Part shown: positions 37,430 through 48,587 of the stretch, one piece after another
How positions within the stretch are numbered: position 1 is the first letter of the stretch
Layout: each line of letters begins with the position of its first letter
NCBI RefSeq assembly: GCF_000143415.4
Contig: NW_003314462.1
Span: forward strand, 1-63,322
Source: Selaginella moellendorffii
Lineage: Eukaryota; Plantae; Lycopodiophyta
Direction: 5' to 3'
DNA length: 63,322 nt
The notes under the pieces: model-generated
What the model was told of the DNA's origin: nothing
Database searches by the model: none
The model's input: only the letters and a program-made list of their open reading frames with translations
Program-made: the position numbers and the translations under genes

Positions 37430-39273
37430 CCAGTCCGTCTAAGGCCACCCTCGACATCGCAGGACAACGGCCAGTCTCGAAGTTCGAGAACCGAGTGGAG
37501 ACTGGAGCCGTACACAACCTCTCGAGCAGGACTCTCTCAGCTGCCGAGATCCGTCTCCTCTCCCTCGGCCTGAGGTACATCCCGAACCCGGCACCGCTCA
37601 GAGCCCCACAGATCGTGGAAAGCTCTGATGCTCTCTGCCGAGCCGTCCGACTCCGTCACCTCTTCAAGGACGACGACTCAGCCCTGCCGGAGTTCCGAGT
37701 ACCAAACCCGAGCTTCGAGCCGCCTCCAGCACCAGCGCATGTGGAACGACGCCTAGCACACTTGCGAGGCAGCCTGCTCCACAGGCTTGAAGGAGCACAC
37801 AAGCCTCGCTCCTTCGCTCACGGTTGGAAGAAGCGTGCCCTCCGCTCTCTCGCGACGGACACCTCCATCGTCATCAAGCCCGCGGATAAAAACCTTGGAG
37901 CGGTGATTCTGGATCGCGATTGGTACACGAGGGAGGCTCTGCGCCAACTGAACGACCCACTCGTTTATGTGAAGATCCCCTCCGTGCCATCCAAGGCCCT
38001 CCAGGAACGCCTCGCCGAGCTCATCACAAAGTACCGCAGCTGCTCGTGGCTCGACAACTCCACGCAGCAGTTCCTGCTGCACCAGCCCGCCGTACCCCGG
38101 CAGGCTTGCATGCTGTATTTTCTTCCGAAAATACACAAGCAGCCAATAAAGGGCCGGCCAATTGCGAGCTATATCGGCACTTTGTGGGAGCCCCTCGCGC
38201 GGTGGCTTCACCGCCAGCTCTACAACATCCTGCTGAAGCAGCCAACGTTTCTTGCTGATTCGCTCACGCTGCTGCAGGACCTCCTCCACCTACGGCTCCC
38301 ACGGGACTGCTGGCTCTTCACGTTCGACGTAGAGAGCCTCTACCCAAGCATCCCCACACGAGAAGGTCTCCAACGCCTCCGCGACTTTGTGTTTGCCGAG
38401 TACGGCAACACCACACGCTCGCGGTTCCTCATGGCTGCGGCTGCCCTCGTTCTGGAGCACAACTACGTGGAGTTTGACGGTAACATCTACCAGCAGATCC
38501 GCGGCACAGCAATGGGCTCCAACTTCGCGGTGGTCTACGCTTGCCTCTTCCTCTGCTCTCTCGAAGCCGAGTACAAGCATGCCACCAACGACTGGCCCTT
38601 CTACCTACGAAGGTACATAGATGACGGAGTGGGCATTTGGACAGGTACACGAGCAGGCCTCGAACGATGGCTCCGAGGATACGGCACGCTGTGTCCTTCG
38701 ATCAAGATCACCTCGGTGATCTCGCTCGAAGAGTTGGATATCCTCGATATCCACTTCTTCAAAGGCCCTCGCTTTGAAGAGACAGGCTGCCTCGACTCGT
38801 CCACGTTCCAGAAGCCGCTCAACGCCTACCAGTACCTCCCCTGGACGTCGGTTCACCCACGGCACCAAAAAGTGGCATTCATCCGCAGCGAGCTCCGGAG
38901 ATACCTCCTCCGTGAGAGCACGGCCGATGGATTCTACGCCATGCGCACGCGGTTCTACCACCGCCTCCGTGCCCGAGGATACCCGACCTCCTTCCTCCAC
39001 CACTGCTTCTCCGGCATCTCCTACGACCAGCGACATCAAGCTCTCCTTGCACGTTCGCGCCGCTCTAGCGACGCCTGTCGACGGGCCCCCCTCGCCTTCA
39101 AGCTGCCCTACACACTCCACAGTGCGCAGCTAGGCTTGGGGGACATCCTAAACCCTAAACAGGTGATGGATGAAGCTCCCGCAGACACACTCCCCCGAGT
39201 GATCACGTGCTGGAGACGCTCCCCGAACCTCGGTTCATTTCTGGTCAGGGCTAAGCTCCCTCTGCGAGCTTAG
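37003..39273 (+). CDS. PLE reverse transcriptase ORF2 (slippery site 37006-37012; track start 37495)
   Basis: Same RT motifs, intact. Confidence 0.92.
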   Translation, partial: PGKRTAAERGYWDSSHPFRCIGFFFEGDSAPDISSPAWFPRKECWTRWPSPFWPQQLPTAAPTLHDTGTGHLRSPATSRTFTDQRQQGSSHTQPSTSPWTEPDPCQPQEQDPSTTTPLSLALTFANRQSPREGNPQDYWSPLTSPSKATLDIAGQRPVSKFENRVETGAVHNLSSRTLSAAEIRLLSLGLRYIPNPAPLRAPQIVESSDALCRAVRLRHLFKDDDSALPEFRVPNPSFEPPPAPAHVERRLAHLRGSLLHRLEGAHKPRSFAHGWKKRALRSLATDTSIVIKPADKNLGAVILDRDWYTREALRQLNDPLVYVKIPSVPSKALQERLAELITKYRSCSWLDNSTQQFLLHQPAVPRQACMLYFLPKIHKQPIKGRPIASYIGTLWEPLARWLHRQLYNILLKQPTFLADSLTLLQDLLHLRLPRDCWLFTFDVESLYPSIPTREGLQRLRDFVFAEYGNTTRSRFLMAAAALVLEHNYVEFDGNIYQQIRGTAMGSNFAVVYACLFLCSLEAEYKHATNDWPFYLRRYIDDGVGIWTGTRAGLERWLRGYGTLCPSIKITSVISLEELDILDIHFFKGPRFEETGCLDSSTFQKPLNAYQYLPWTSVHPRHQKVAFIRSELRRYLLRESTADGFYAMRTRFYHRLRARGYPTSFLHHCFSGISYDQRHQALLARSRRSSDACRRAPLAFKLPYTLHSAQLGLGDILNPKQVMDEAPADTLPRVITCWRRSPNLGSFLVRAKLPLRA

Positions 39274-40111
39274 CCACGTCTTGTACCGCACTTTGCAAGA
39301 CACGGACACTTATGTTTGCATCTTTCTCCGCGTACCCGATGACTCCCAGGGTCTCGCCGATGGACTTCAGGTATGTCCCAAGTCACTCCAGGCCACCCCC
39401 CTTTCGAGTCAACGCCCGGTCAACGCGGAGTCAACGGTCAGAACGGAATATTCCCCAATATTCCGACTGTATCCCTGTTGACCGAGTCAAAACGGCATAT
39501 ACCGTTGGATTCTGCTCTTCCTTCCGATCGTGAATATGTGAGTTTCAACTCTGAACTCCACACACGACTCGTGGAAAAGCATGTTTTCCATTAAAACGGC
39601 GCCGCTCCCTCGACATCGGCGACACATGCCGACAGCTCGCAGGATGGCTCTCCCCCATGTAACCGCTGGACTCCGGGTATGTATGAGTGACCTCAGGCCC
39701 TCCACCATCCCAGTCCACACACGGTCAACGCGGGGTCAACGGTCAACGACCGAATATTCCGAGAATATTCCCTGCAAAGTGAACCACGTTTTTCGCCCCC
39801 GGGTACGTACAAGTGACACAAGCATTGTGGACGTAACGCATGCATCATATCATGCCGCGTTTACAAGTTATCTTGCGTCGAAGGTACGTCACCCGCCGGA
39901 CGAACGCTTACTGTCTTCGGCGATTCGCCGAAGTCATTCTCCGCGACTACCACTGCTGTGGAGTAACCAACACCAGCTGTGCTACGTTCGCATCCTCGCA
40001 AGCCAACGCCGCCATGCACCTCGCATGGCTGCCACTCGGACTCGCGCCACGTGACAGAGCCAGAATATAAGTAGAGCCGGCACCGAGCTAGGGTTAGGGT
40101 AGACGTTAGAC

Positions 40112-40164
40112 GACTACACCCGGCTGATGAGTCCCAAAAAGGACGAAACCGGTCTCGGGTTGTC
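40112..40164 (+). ncRNA. Hammerhead ribozyme copy
   Basis: Identical motif. Confidence 0.92.
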
Positions 40165-40349
40165 TCTTGTCTTCTCCCTCGCTCGCGAATGAATGAAAAT
40201 TCATTCTCTTGCCTCCTCTACTTGCTCTCGATCACGCCGTCTCGACAACGGCACACGGAGAATGTGGATTGCACAAAGTGGCGCCGCGATCTCGCCGGAT
40301 TGCAGCACCACGGGGTGCCTTTGACCCTAAACGCCTAAACGCGCCTAAA

Positions 40350-40449
40350 CCTAAACCCTAAACCCTAAACCTAAACCCTAAACCCTAAACCCTAAACCCT
40401 AAACCCTAAACCGGTAAACCCTAAACCCTAAACCCTAAACCCTAAACCG
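40350..40449 (+). repeat. Most proximal (CCCTAAA)n tract (seed of the forward array)
   Basis: Directly visible, with AAACCGGT variants. Confidence 0.95.
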
Positions 40450-40817
40450 GTGGGAGCTTCATCCATCACCTGTTTAGGGTTTAGGATGTCCCCCAAGCCT
40501 AGCTGCGCACTGTGGAGTGTGTAGGGCAGCTTGAAGGTGAGGGGGGCCCGTCGACAGGCGTCGCTAGAGCGGCGCGAACGTGCAAGGAGAGCTTGATGTC
40601 GCTGGTCGTAGGAGATGCCGGAGAAGCAGTGGTGGAGGAAGGAGGTCGGGTATCCTCGGGCATGGAGGCGGTGGTAGAACCGCGTGCGCATGGTGTGGAA
40701 TCCATCGGCCGTGCTCTCGCGGAGGAGGTATCTCCGGAGCTCACTGCGGATGAATGCCACTTTTTGGTGCCGTGGGTGAACCGACGTCCAGGGGAGGTAC
40801 TGGTAGGCGTTGAGCGG
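40450..40817 (-). mobile_element. Inverted PLE RT fragment
   Basis: Reverse complement of the RT C-terminal region (AFIRSELRRYLLRE...QVMDEAPT). Confidence 0.93.
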
Positions 40818-40961
40818 TTTTAGGGTTTAGGGTTTAGGGTTTAGTTTTAGGGTTTAGGGTTTAGGGTTTTAGGGTTTAGGGTTTAGGGTTTAGGGTTTAG
40901 GGTTTAGGGTTTAGGGTTTTTTAGGGTTTAGGGTTTAGGGTTTAGGGTTTAGGGTTTAGGG
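40818..40961 (-). repeat. Inverted interstitial telomeric tract (TTTAGGG)n
   Basis: Directly visible repeats. Confidence 0.97.
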
Positions 40962-41146
40962 TTTAGGCGCGTTTAGGCGTTTAGGGTCAAAGGCACCCCG
41001 TGGTGCTGCAATCCGGCGAGATCGCGGCGCCACTTTGTGCAATCCACATTCTCCGTGTGCCGTTGTCGAGACGGCGTGATCGAGAGCAAGTAGAGGAGGC
41101 AAGAGAATGAATTTTCATTCATTCGCGAGCGAGGGAGAAGACAAGA

Positions 41147-41199
41147 GACAACCCGAGACCGGTTTCGTCCTTTTTGGGACTCATCAGCTGGGTGTAGTC
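41147..41199 (-). ncRNA. Hammerhead ribozyme copy with a stem I mismatch (ACCCAG)
   Basis: Core intact, with one G>A change in stem I. Confidence 0.85.
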
Positions 41200-42037
41200 G
41201 TCTAACGTCTACCCTAACCCTAGCTCGGCGCCGACTCTACTTATATTCTGGCTCTGTCACGTGGCGCGAGTCCGAGTGGCGGCCATGCGAAGTGCATGAC
41301 GGCGTTGGCTCGCGAGGATGCGAACGTAGCACAGCTGGGGTTGGTGACTCCACAGCAGTGGTAGTCGCGGAGAATGACTTCGGCGGATCGCCGAAGACAG
41401 TAAGCGTTCGTCCGGCGGGTGACGTACCTTTGACGCAAGATAACTTGTAAACGTGGCATGATATGATGCATGCGTTACGTCCACAATGCTTGTGTCACTT
41501 GTGCGTACCCGGCGACGAAAAACGTGGTTCACTTTGCAGGGAATATTCTCGGAATATTCGGTCGTTGACCGTTGACCCCGCGTTGACCGTGTGTGGACTG
41601 GGATGGTGGGGGGCCTGAGGCCACTCATACATACCCGGAGTCCAGCGGTTACATGGGGGAGAGCCATCCTGCGAGCTGTCGGCATGTGTCGCCGATGTCG
41701 AGGGAACGGCACCGTTTTAACGGAAAACATGCTTTTCCACGAGTCGTGTGTGGAGTTCAGAGTTGAAACTCACATATTCACGATCGGAAGGAAGAGCAGA
41801 ATCCAACGGTATATGCCGTTTTGACTCGGTCAACAGGGATACAGTCGGAATATTGGGGAATATTCCGTTCTGACCGTTGACTCCGCGTTGACCGGGCGTT
41901 GACTCGAAAGGGGGGTGGCCTGGAGTGACTTGGGACATACCTGAAGTCCATCAGCCAGACCCTGGGAGTCATCGAGTACGCGGAGAAGGATGCAAACATA
42001 AACTTCCGTGTCTTGCAAAGTGCGGTACAAGATGTGG

Positions 42038-44308
42038 CTAAGCTCGCGGAGGGAGCTTAGCCCTGACCAGAAACGAACCGAGGTTCGGGGAGCGTCTCCA
42101 GCACGTGATCACTCGAGGGAGTGTGTCTGTGGGAGCTTCATCCATCACCTGTTTAGGGTTTAGGATGTCCCCCAAGCCTAGCTGCGCACTGTGGAGTGTG
42201 TAGGGCAGCTTGAAGGCGAGGGGGGCCCGTCGACAGGCGTCGCTAGAGCAGCGCGAACGTGCAAGGAGAGCTTGATGTCGCTGGTCGTAGGAGATGCCGG
42301 AGAAGCAGTGGTGGAGGAAGGAGGTCGGGTATCCTCGGGCACGGAGGCGGTGGTAGAACCGCGTGCGCATGGCGTGGAATCCATCGGCCGTGCTCTCGCA
42401 GAGGAGGTATCTCCGGAGCTCGCTGCGGATGAATGCCACTTTTTGGTGCCGTGGGTGAACCGACGTCCAGGGGAGGTACTGGTAGGCGTTGAGCGGCTTC
42501 TGGAACGTGGACGAGTCGAGGCAGCCTGTCTCTTCAAAGCGAGGGCCTTTGAAGAAGTGGATATCGAGGATATCCAACTCTTCGAGCAAGATCACCGAGG
42601 TGATCTTGATCGAAGGACACAGCGTGCCGTATCCTCGGAGCCATTGTTCGAGGCCTGCTCGTGTACCTGTCCAAATGCCTACTCCGTCATCTATGTACCT
42701 TCGTAGATAGAAGGGCCAGTCGTTGGTGGCATGCTTGTACTCGGCTTCGAGAGAGCAGAGGAAGAGGCAAGCGTAGACCACCGCGAAGTTGGAGCCCATT
42801 GCTGTGCCGCGGATCTGCTGGTAGATGTTACCGTCAAACTCCACGTAGTTGTGCTCCAGAACGAGGGCAGCCGCAGCCATGAGGAACCGCGAGCGTGTGG
42901 TGTTGCCGTACTCAGCAAACACAAAGTCGCGGAGGCGTTGGAGACCTTCTCGTGTGGGGATGCTTGGGTAGAGGCTCTCTACGTCGAACGTGAAGAGCCA
43001 GCAGTCCCGCGGGAGCTGTAGGTGGAGGAGGTCCTGTAGCAGCGTGCGCGAGTCGGAAAGAAACGTTGGCTGCTTCAGCAGGATATCGTAGAGCTGGCGG
43101 TGAAGCCAACGCGCGAGGGGCTCCCACAACGTACTGATATAGCTTGCGATGGGTCGGCCCTTTATTGGCTGCTTGTGTATTTTCGGAAGAAAATACATCA
43201 TGCAAGCCTGCCGGGGTACGGCGGGCTGGTGCAGTAGGAACTGCTGCGTGGAGTTGTCGAGCCACGAGCAGCTGCGGTACTTTGTGATGAGCTCGGCGAG
43301 GCGTTCCTGGAGGGATTTGGATGGCATGGAGGGGACCTTCACATAAACGAGTGGGTCGTTCAGTTGGCGGAGAGCCTCCTTCGTGTACCAATCACGATCC
43401 AGCACCACCGCTCCAAGATTTTTGTCCGCAGGCTTGATGACGATGGATGTGTCCGTTGCGAGAGAGTGGAGAGCACGCTTTTTCCAACCGTGAGCGAAGG
43501 AGCGAGGCTTGTGTGCTCCTTCCAGCCTGTGGAGCAGGCTGCCTCGCACGTGTGCAAGGCGTCGTTCCACATACGCTGGTGCTGGAGGTGGCTCGAAGCT
43601 CGGGTTTGGTACTCGGAACTCCGGCAGGGCTGAGTCGTCGTCCTTGAAGAGGTGACGGAGTCGGACGGCTTGGCAAAGAGCATCAGAGCTTTCCACGATC
43701 TGTGGGGCTCTGAGCGGTGCCGGGTTCGGGATGTACCTCAGGCCGAGGGAGAGGAGACGGATCTCAGCGGCCGAGAGAGCCCTGCTTGAGAGGTTGTGTA
43801 CAGCTCCAGTCTCCACTCGGTTCTCGAACTTCGAGACTGGCCGTTGTCCCACAATGTCGAGGATAGCCTTAGACGGACTGGTCAGTGGTGACCAGTAGTC
43901 TTGAGGATTCCCCTCACGGGGACTTTGGCGGTTGGCGAACGTGAGCGCGAGCGAGAGCGGCGTCGTGGTGCTGGGGTCCTGCTCCTGCGGCTGGCAGGGG
44001 TCTGGCTCCGTCCAGGGCGAGGTCGAGGGCTGCGTGTGCGAGCTCCCTTGCTGCCTCTGGTCGGTGAACGTCCTCGAGGTCGCTGGGGACCAGAGGTGAC
44101 CGGTGCCGGTGTCGTGGAGCGTGGGCGCCGCTGTGGGGAGCTGCTGCGGCCAGAACGGTGAGGGCCATCGCGTCCAGCATTCTTTTCGTGGGAACCAGGC
44201 CGGGCTGGAGATGTCCGGCGCGGAGTCCCCCTCGAAGAAGAAGCCGATGCAGCGGAACGGGTGGGAGGAGTCCCAGTAGCCCCGTTCCGCCGCTGTCCGT
44301 TTCCCTGG
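42038..44308 (-). CDS. PLE reverse transcriptase ORF2 of the inverted copy (track 42038-43852)
   Basis: Intact frame with several private substitutions. Slippery site at 44299-44305. Confidence 0.9.
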   Translation of the reverse strand, partial: PGKRTAAERGYWDSSHPFRCIGFFFEGDSAPDISSPAWFPRKECWTRWPSPFWPQQLPTAAPTLHDTGTGHLWSPATSRTFTDQRQQGSSHTQPSTSPWTEPDPCQPQEQDPSTTTPLSLALTFANRQSPREGNPQDYWSPLTSPSKAILDIVGQRPVSKFENRVETGAVHNLSSRALSAAEIRLLSLGLRYIPNPAPLRAPQIVESSDALCQAVRLRHLFKDDDSALPEFRVPNPSFEPPPAPAYVERRLAHVRGSLLHRLEGAHKPRSFAHGWKKRALHSLATDTSIVIKPADKNLGAVVLDRDWYTKEALRQLNDPLVYVKVPSMPSKSLQERLAELITKYRSCSWLDNSTQQFLLHQPAVPRQACMMYFLPKIHKQPIKGRPIASYISTLWEPLARWLHRQLYDILLKQPTFLSDSRTLLQDLLHLQLPRDCWLFTFDVESLYPSIPTREGLQRLRDFVFAEYGNTTRSRFLMAAAALVLEHNYVEFDGNIYQQIRGTAMGSNFAVVYACLFLCSLEAEYKHATNDWPFYLRRYIDDGVGIWTGTRAGLEQWLRGYGTLCPSIKITSVILLEELDILDIHFFKGPRFEETGCLDSSTFQKPLNAYQYLPWTSVHPRHQKVAFIRSELRRYLLCESTADGFHAMRTRFYHRLRARGYPTSFLHHCFSGISYDQRHQALLARSRCSSDACRRAPLAFKLPYTLHSAQLGLGDILNPKQVMDEAPTDTLPRVITCWRRSPNLGSFLVRAKLPPRA

Positions 44309-44388
44309 TCATTGCGGGCGGGTGTTGCCGACCGGGATCCAGCTTCGTCGGCGTTGGCGGCGAAGGAGACGCGGTGCCTCTTGCTCGA
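43882..44388 (-). pseudogene. C-terminal remnant of PLE ORF1
   Basis: SSKRHRVSF...GILKTTGHH. Confidence 0.9.
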
Positions 44389-44492
44389 GACGGTGTCCCA
44401 TATGCCCACCTAGAACAGGAGAATTATGGTAGGCATGGAGAAACCGCGGAATAAACACCAAAGGCACCACCAGCCGTAAATGATCATCAGGA

Positions 44493-45347
44493 TGTGAGAC
44501 ACAAAATCCCTAGGCCCCAAAGTGGAGTCGGAAGGGTGCCACGTGGTAGCGGCCGAAGCGAAAGCCAAACGAGCGTAACATGTTTGGACTAAAAGCTTCG
44601 ACTTGAAAGGTCGAGAGTGGGAGTGGAACTCCCAACAAAGTGCTCGAGGAACAAGCACGAAGCGAGCAATAAGCGAGGCTCCAAAAAGGGACCCAAAAGG
44701 ACCAACACATGACACGTGGAAGTGTCCGAGATAAAGTCCGAGATGGACCAAGACGGAGTCCGAGATGGAGTCTGAGGTGGAGTCTGAGATGGAGTCCGAG
44801 ATGGAGTCCGAGGTGGAGTCCGAGGTGGAGTCCGAGGTGGAGTCCGAGGTGGAGTCCGAGATGGAGTCCGAGATGGTGTCTGAAGTGGAGTCCGAGATGG
44901 ACCAAGAGGGAGTCCGAGATGGACCGAGATGGAGTCCGAGATGGAGTCCGAGATGGACCGAGACGGAGTCCGAGATGGAGTCCGAGATGGACCGAGACGG
45001 AGTCTGAGATGGACTGAGATGGAGTCCGAGATGGAGTCCGAGATGGACCCGAGATGGAATCTGAGATGGAGTCCGAGATGGAGTCCGACGTCAAGACCGA
45101 GACCGGGACCGAGACCGAGACCGAGGCGGAGGCCGAGACCGAGGCGGAGGCCAAGACCGAGGCGGAGGCCGAGACCGAGGCGGAGGCCGAGACCGAGGCG
45201 GAGGCCGAGACCGAGGCGGAGGCCGAGACCGAGGCGGAGGCCGAGACCGAGCCCGAGTCCAAGTCCGAGTCTGAGTCCGAGTCCGAGTTCGAGTCTGAGA
45301 GGGTGAAAGCCCAAAGCGTTCGTCTCCCAGACCCTGAGGAGTTTGGT
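44493..45347. repeat. Dispersed repeat copy A with GAGATGGAGTCC, GAGGCGGAGGCCGAGACC and GAGTCC tandem arrays
   Basis: Homologous to 52091-53176 in the same orientation. Confidence 0.9.
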
Positions 45348-45520
45348 ATATCAAGATGGCATGAGGCCTCATGCCAATTTTGTGAATGCGAAATTTCACG
45401 TGGGTGTCAATAGCATGTTTGAATAATGGCATGTGGCCTCATGCTATTTGGTATGTTATGATTTAGGCCATTCTCCAATCATTTTTTGTATGGTCTTAAC
45501 TTCTTTTCTGCACTTTCAGA

Positions 45521-48500
45521 ATGGCCTTCAGGGTTGGGGAAAAGGTTTACATTTTGAATGGTGGGAAGAGAGTTGCAAAAGGGACCCTTGTGTCTATGGA
45601 TCGGAACTTTGTTATACACTGTCAAAGGCTTAGGGAAGGCAATGCTGCTGTATCAGTAGAGACTGTCTTCGATGGGAATGTGGTCACTATTGAACGAGGA
45701 GAGATGGTCGTCGGGGTAAATGTTGTTATTGCCTTGAAAAATCTGCAGAAGAAAGCAGATGTTGGGGACAGCGCAAGTGCGACGCATGTTCCCTCCGTGG
45801 ATCTTAAGAACCGTGCTACATGGATTCAGGCAAAGGTGTTTCTAAACAACCCCGAGGGGGAGGTGGTAGCTAAGGGCTTAGCCACAGTTGTCGATCCAAG
45901 AGATACGGTTGCTAATCAAGAATTGAGCTGGGATGATATTGGAGTTGCGATTTTAGAGGTTGTTGACACAGAAGAAAACAGTCTGACTATTGGAAGCATT
46001 GTGCGGTGGAAATTGAGGCATTTAGTGTTTGAGAATGTGAAGGATTCACAATCAAACACCATTACAACTGATGACAGAACATCTCTTCATGGGAAAAGAA
46101 AGTACACCTTCCTACAGCGCAGCCAAAGGGATCTGAGCAACGAACCGAAAAGGCAGAAAATGGCGATGGAGGTTCGAATGGTCTCGACAGTTGCTTGTTG
46201 CAAGAGGAGGTGCTGTCAACATGCTGATTGGGATGCTATTGAAGAGGAGGGAGCAAGATACAAGACATTGTCCTGGAAGGCAGCTCGCAATTTTGTGTAT
46301 GAGGCATTACGGTCATCTGTTGATGCTTCAGAACATCAGGTGGGGGGCATGGTCTTCCAGAGGGGTTTGGTCTGCATGAAGGCATGGAGAATCATTTATG
46401 GAGTCCCTTGAAGCACATTCTACAGAATCAAAACTGAGTTCGAGGAACAAAGGGTTCAACAGGCAGTCCATGGGAACGACGGTACGCACAAAACCAGGGG
46501 TCATGTTGTATATGGAGAGGCAATCTTCAAGAGGTTTGTCGAGACATGTAGCGAGCAGCAACCACATAAAACCCGCCTCTTGGAAGATGGAACACGAGAC
46601 ACCCAACGAGTTCTCCCTTCCATGTATACCAAGGGGGCCATATTGGAAGATGTGAATCGGGAACTCCAGAGTAATGGCTATAAGAAGCTGAGCCAATCTA
46701 GATTTAGTAGATTGTGGAGCAACAGGTTCAGGGATGTGAGTATAGGAAAGTACTCCAGCTTTTCAAAGTGTAACAAGTGCACTGCTATCAAAATGGCTTT
46801 GTCGAAGAATTCTTGCAGCGCTCAAGAGCGAGAGACGTTGGTTAGAAGGCGGCTCGACCACAACATCGAGCAGAGAAGCTGCAGGACTGCATATTATCAT
46901 AACAGGATTCTCTCCATGGAGAGACCTGACTCTTACCTCTGCATCATCCACGACAAAATGGACCAGAAAAAGACGTGCTTACCTCGACTCAATCCTGCCC
47001 CCAAGGCAATCTCTTCATCCATGCAGCTGCCTGTGTCTCTGTTTGGCATAATCGCTCATGGGCATAGTGCCCAGAACTATGGGAACTTCTTTGTACCTCT
47101 ATGGGGTGGCAGGGGTGCAAACATGATGATTGCGTCCCTAGCAAAACACTTAAGGTCTCTGCAAAGTGCGCAGACTGAGCTGAACGGCCAACCCTTGCAT
47201 AAGGCCCTTGTCGATCGAACCCCATACAGGGTTCAGCTGGAGGAGGAGCAAAGGCTTGCAGTATCGCGTGGGGCCCTATGCCATCCCAGTGAATATGTTG
47301 GCCGTCAGATTGTAGGGTTATCACGTGAGGCCTCATGCCATTCCGACGAGGCTGGTCGCCCGGTGAATGCACAGTCTCATCCAAACGAAGCAGAATCTCA
47401 AGGAAGTTCTTGCGGCCGATGTGGCCTTCCACCCCATCTTCTGCTCCAAACAGACAATGCTGGCAGTGAGAACAAAAACATGTACGTCTTCGCGTACTTG
47501 GCGATGCTTGTTGCCAAAGGCATATTTGAAACGGTTACACTTGGCTTTCTCATGGTTGGGCACACTCATGAAGACGTTGATGGCATGTTCAGTCACCTGG
47601 CAGAGTCCCTCTGGCGATCCAATGTCCTCACCCTCCCACAACTCTACGATGAATTCCAAAATTGCATCAAAGGCACTGTTGAAGCTGCACTTGTGACAGA
47701 GGTTCCAGACTTTAAGGGGTTTGTAAGAGGCTACATCAGGGACGGATCCGAAACGCTGATTGGCCACTCCAAGCCTCTTCAGTTTCATTTCAGCATGCGT
47801 GACGGTGCTCCAGTGATGAGGTACAAGATGAGAGAATGGGACACAGTGTGGCTGCCAGTGGATGGCATTGAACTCTTCAAGAGAGATCCCATAACTGGGG
47901 AACCTATGATTCCTCAGGGTTCCCCACGGCCAATGCACCCTGATGGACTCAAAGACCAGGAAAGTATAGTGGCCAGGATTAGACAGCATATTGCCTTCTG
48001 GAAGAGGGGTTGGTGTTTGGTGGAGAATCCTATTTTAAGAGGTGCAAGCCTTTGCTCGAATACTGGGAGAAGATTATATCTGCTATCCAAAATGGGCCGG
48101 TTGTATATGAAGAATTGGAAGAGTCTTTTTGGCCAGAACCCAGAGCACCAGATAGTAGCGGAACAATGTCCTCTGGAAATGCAGTGACAGATAACGATGT
48201 TGAGGATCACTATTGTGGGCCGAGGAACAAGAAGCCGGATTCAACATTCAATCCAGTACAGGTCTGCAAAGGAATGGTCGTGCTTGTCAGACCCAGTAAT
48301 AAAAAACAAATGATATGGGTGGGGCGCTGCATCATTGATGCAGAGGAGGACGCGGAAACTAACTCCTTCAATGTAACTGTGGAGTGGTTCAAGCCAAGTT
48401 CCGGATATACGAAGGATTGCCTAGAAAAGAGATGGGTGCTGAATCCAAGGGATCCCAGCATGAGCATATAGGTGGATAATGTTGTGCATGGTTGGATGCG

Positions 48501-48587
48501 GAAGCAGAGTGCCACCATCACCTTGCCAGACCATGCAAGAGATGCAGCAAGAGCATTCATAACCCGGGTTCAAGGTGAGATTCATTA
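45521..48587 (+). pseudogene. Sola-like DNA transposase pseudogene
   Basis: Motifs FSKCNKC, CIIHDKMDQ, LQTDNAGSENKN and FLMVGHTHEDVDGMFS. ORFs 45521 and 46580 are in one frame split by a TGA at 46409 (likely CGA>TGA). Frameshift near 48010 and a stop at 48469. Superfamily assignment is from motif recall only. Confidence 0.65.

Larger units (their letters stand above)
1209..40349 (+). mobile_element. Telomeric head-to-tail array of an endonuclease-deficient Penelope-like retroelement
   Basis: Eight larger copies plus small fragments, all with 5' end distal and identical 3' ends (...TTTGACCCTAAACGCCTAAACGCGCCTAAA), often separated by CCCTAAA tracts. PLE-type RT, hammerhead motif, no GIY-YIG domain. 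Confidence 0.95.
32965..40349 (+). mobile_element. PLE copy 8, full length
   Basis: Complete unit with both ORFs intact. Confidence 0.95.
40962..44388 (-). mobile_element. Inverted PLE copy, 5'-truncated inside ORF1
   Basis: Reverse complement of the unit from the ORF1 SSKRHRVSF region to the common 3' end. Confidence 0.95.

Noticed and set aside
44510-45432. SASASV/LGLRLG/ETEAEA repeat ORFs (also 52221-53369)
   Set aside because: Translations of 6n-periodic tandem repeats that are open in most frames.
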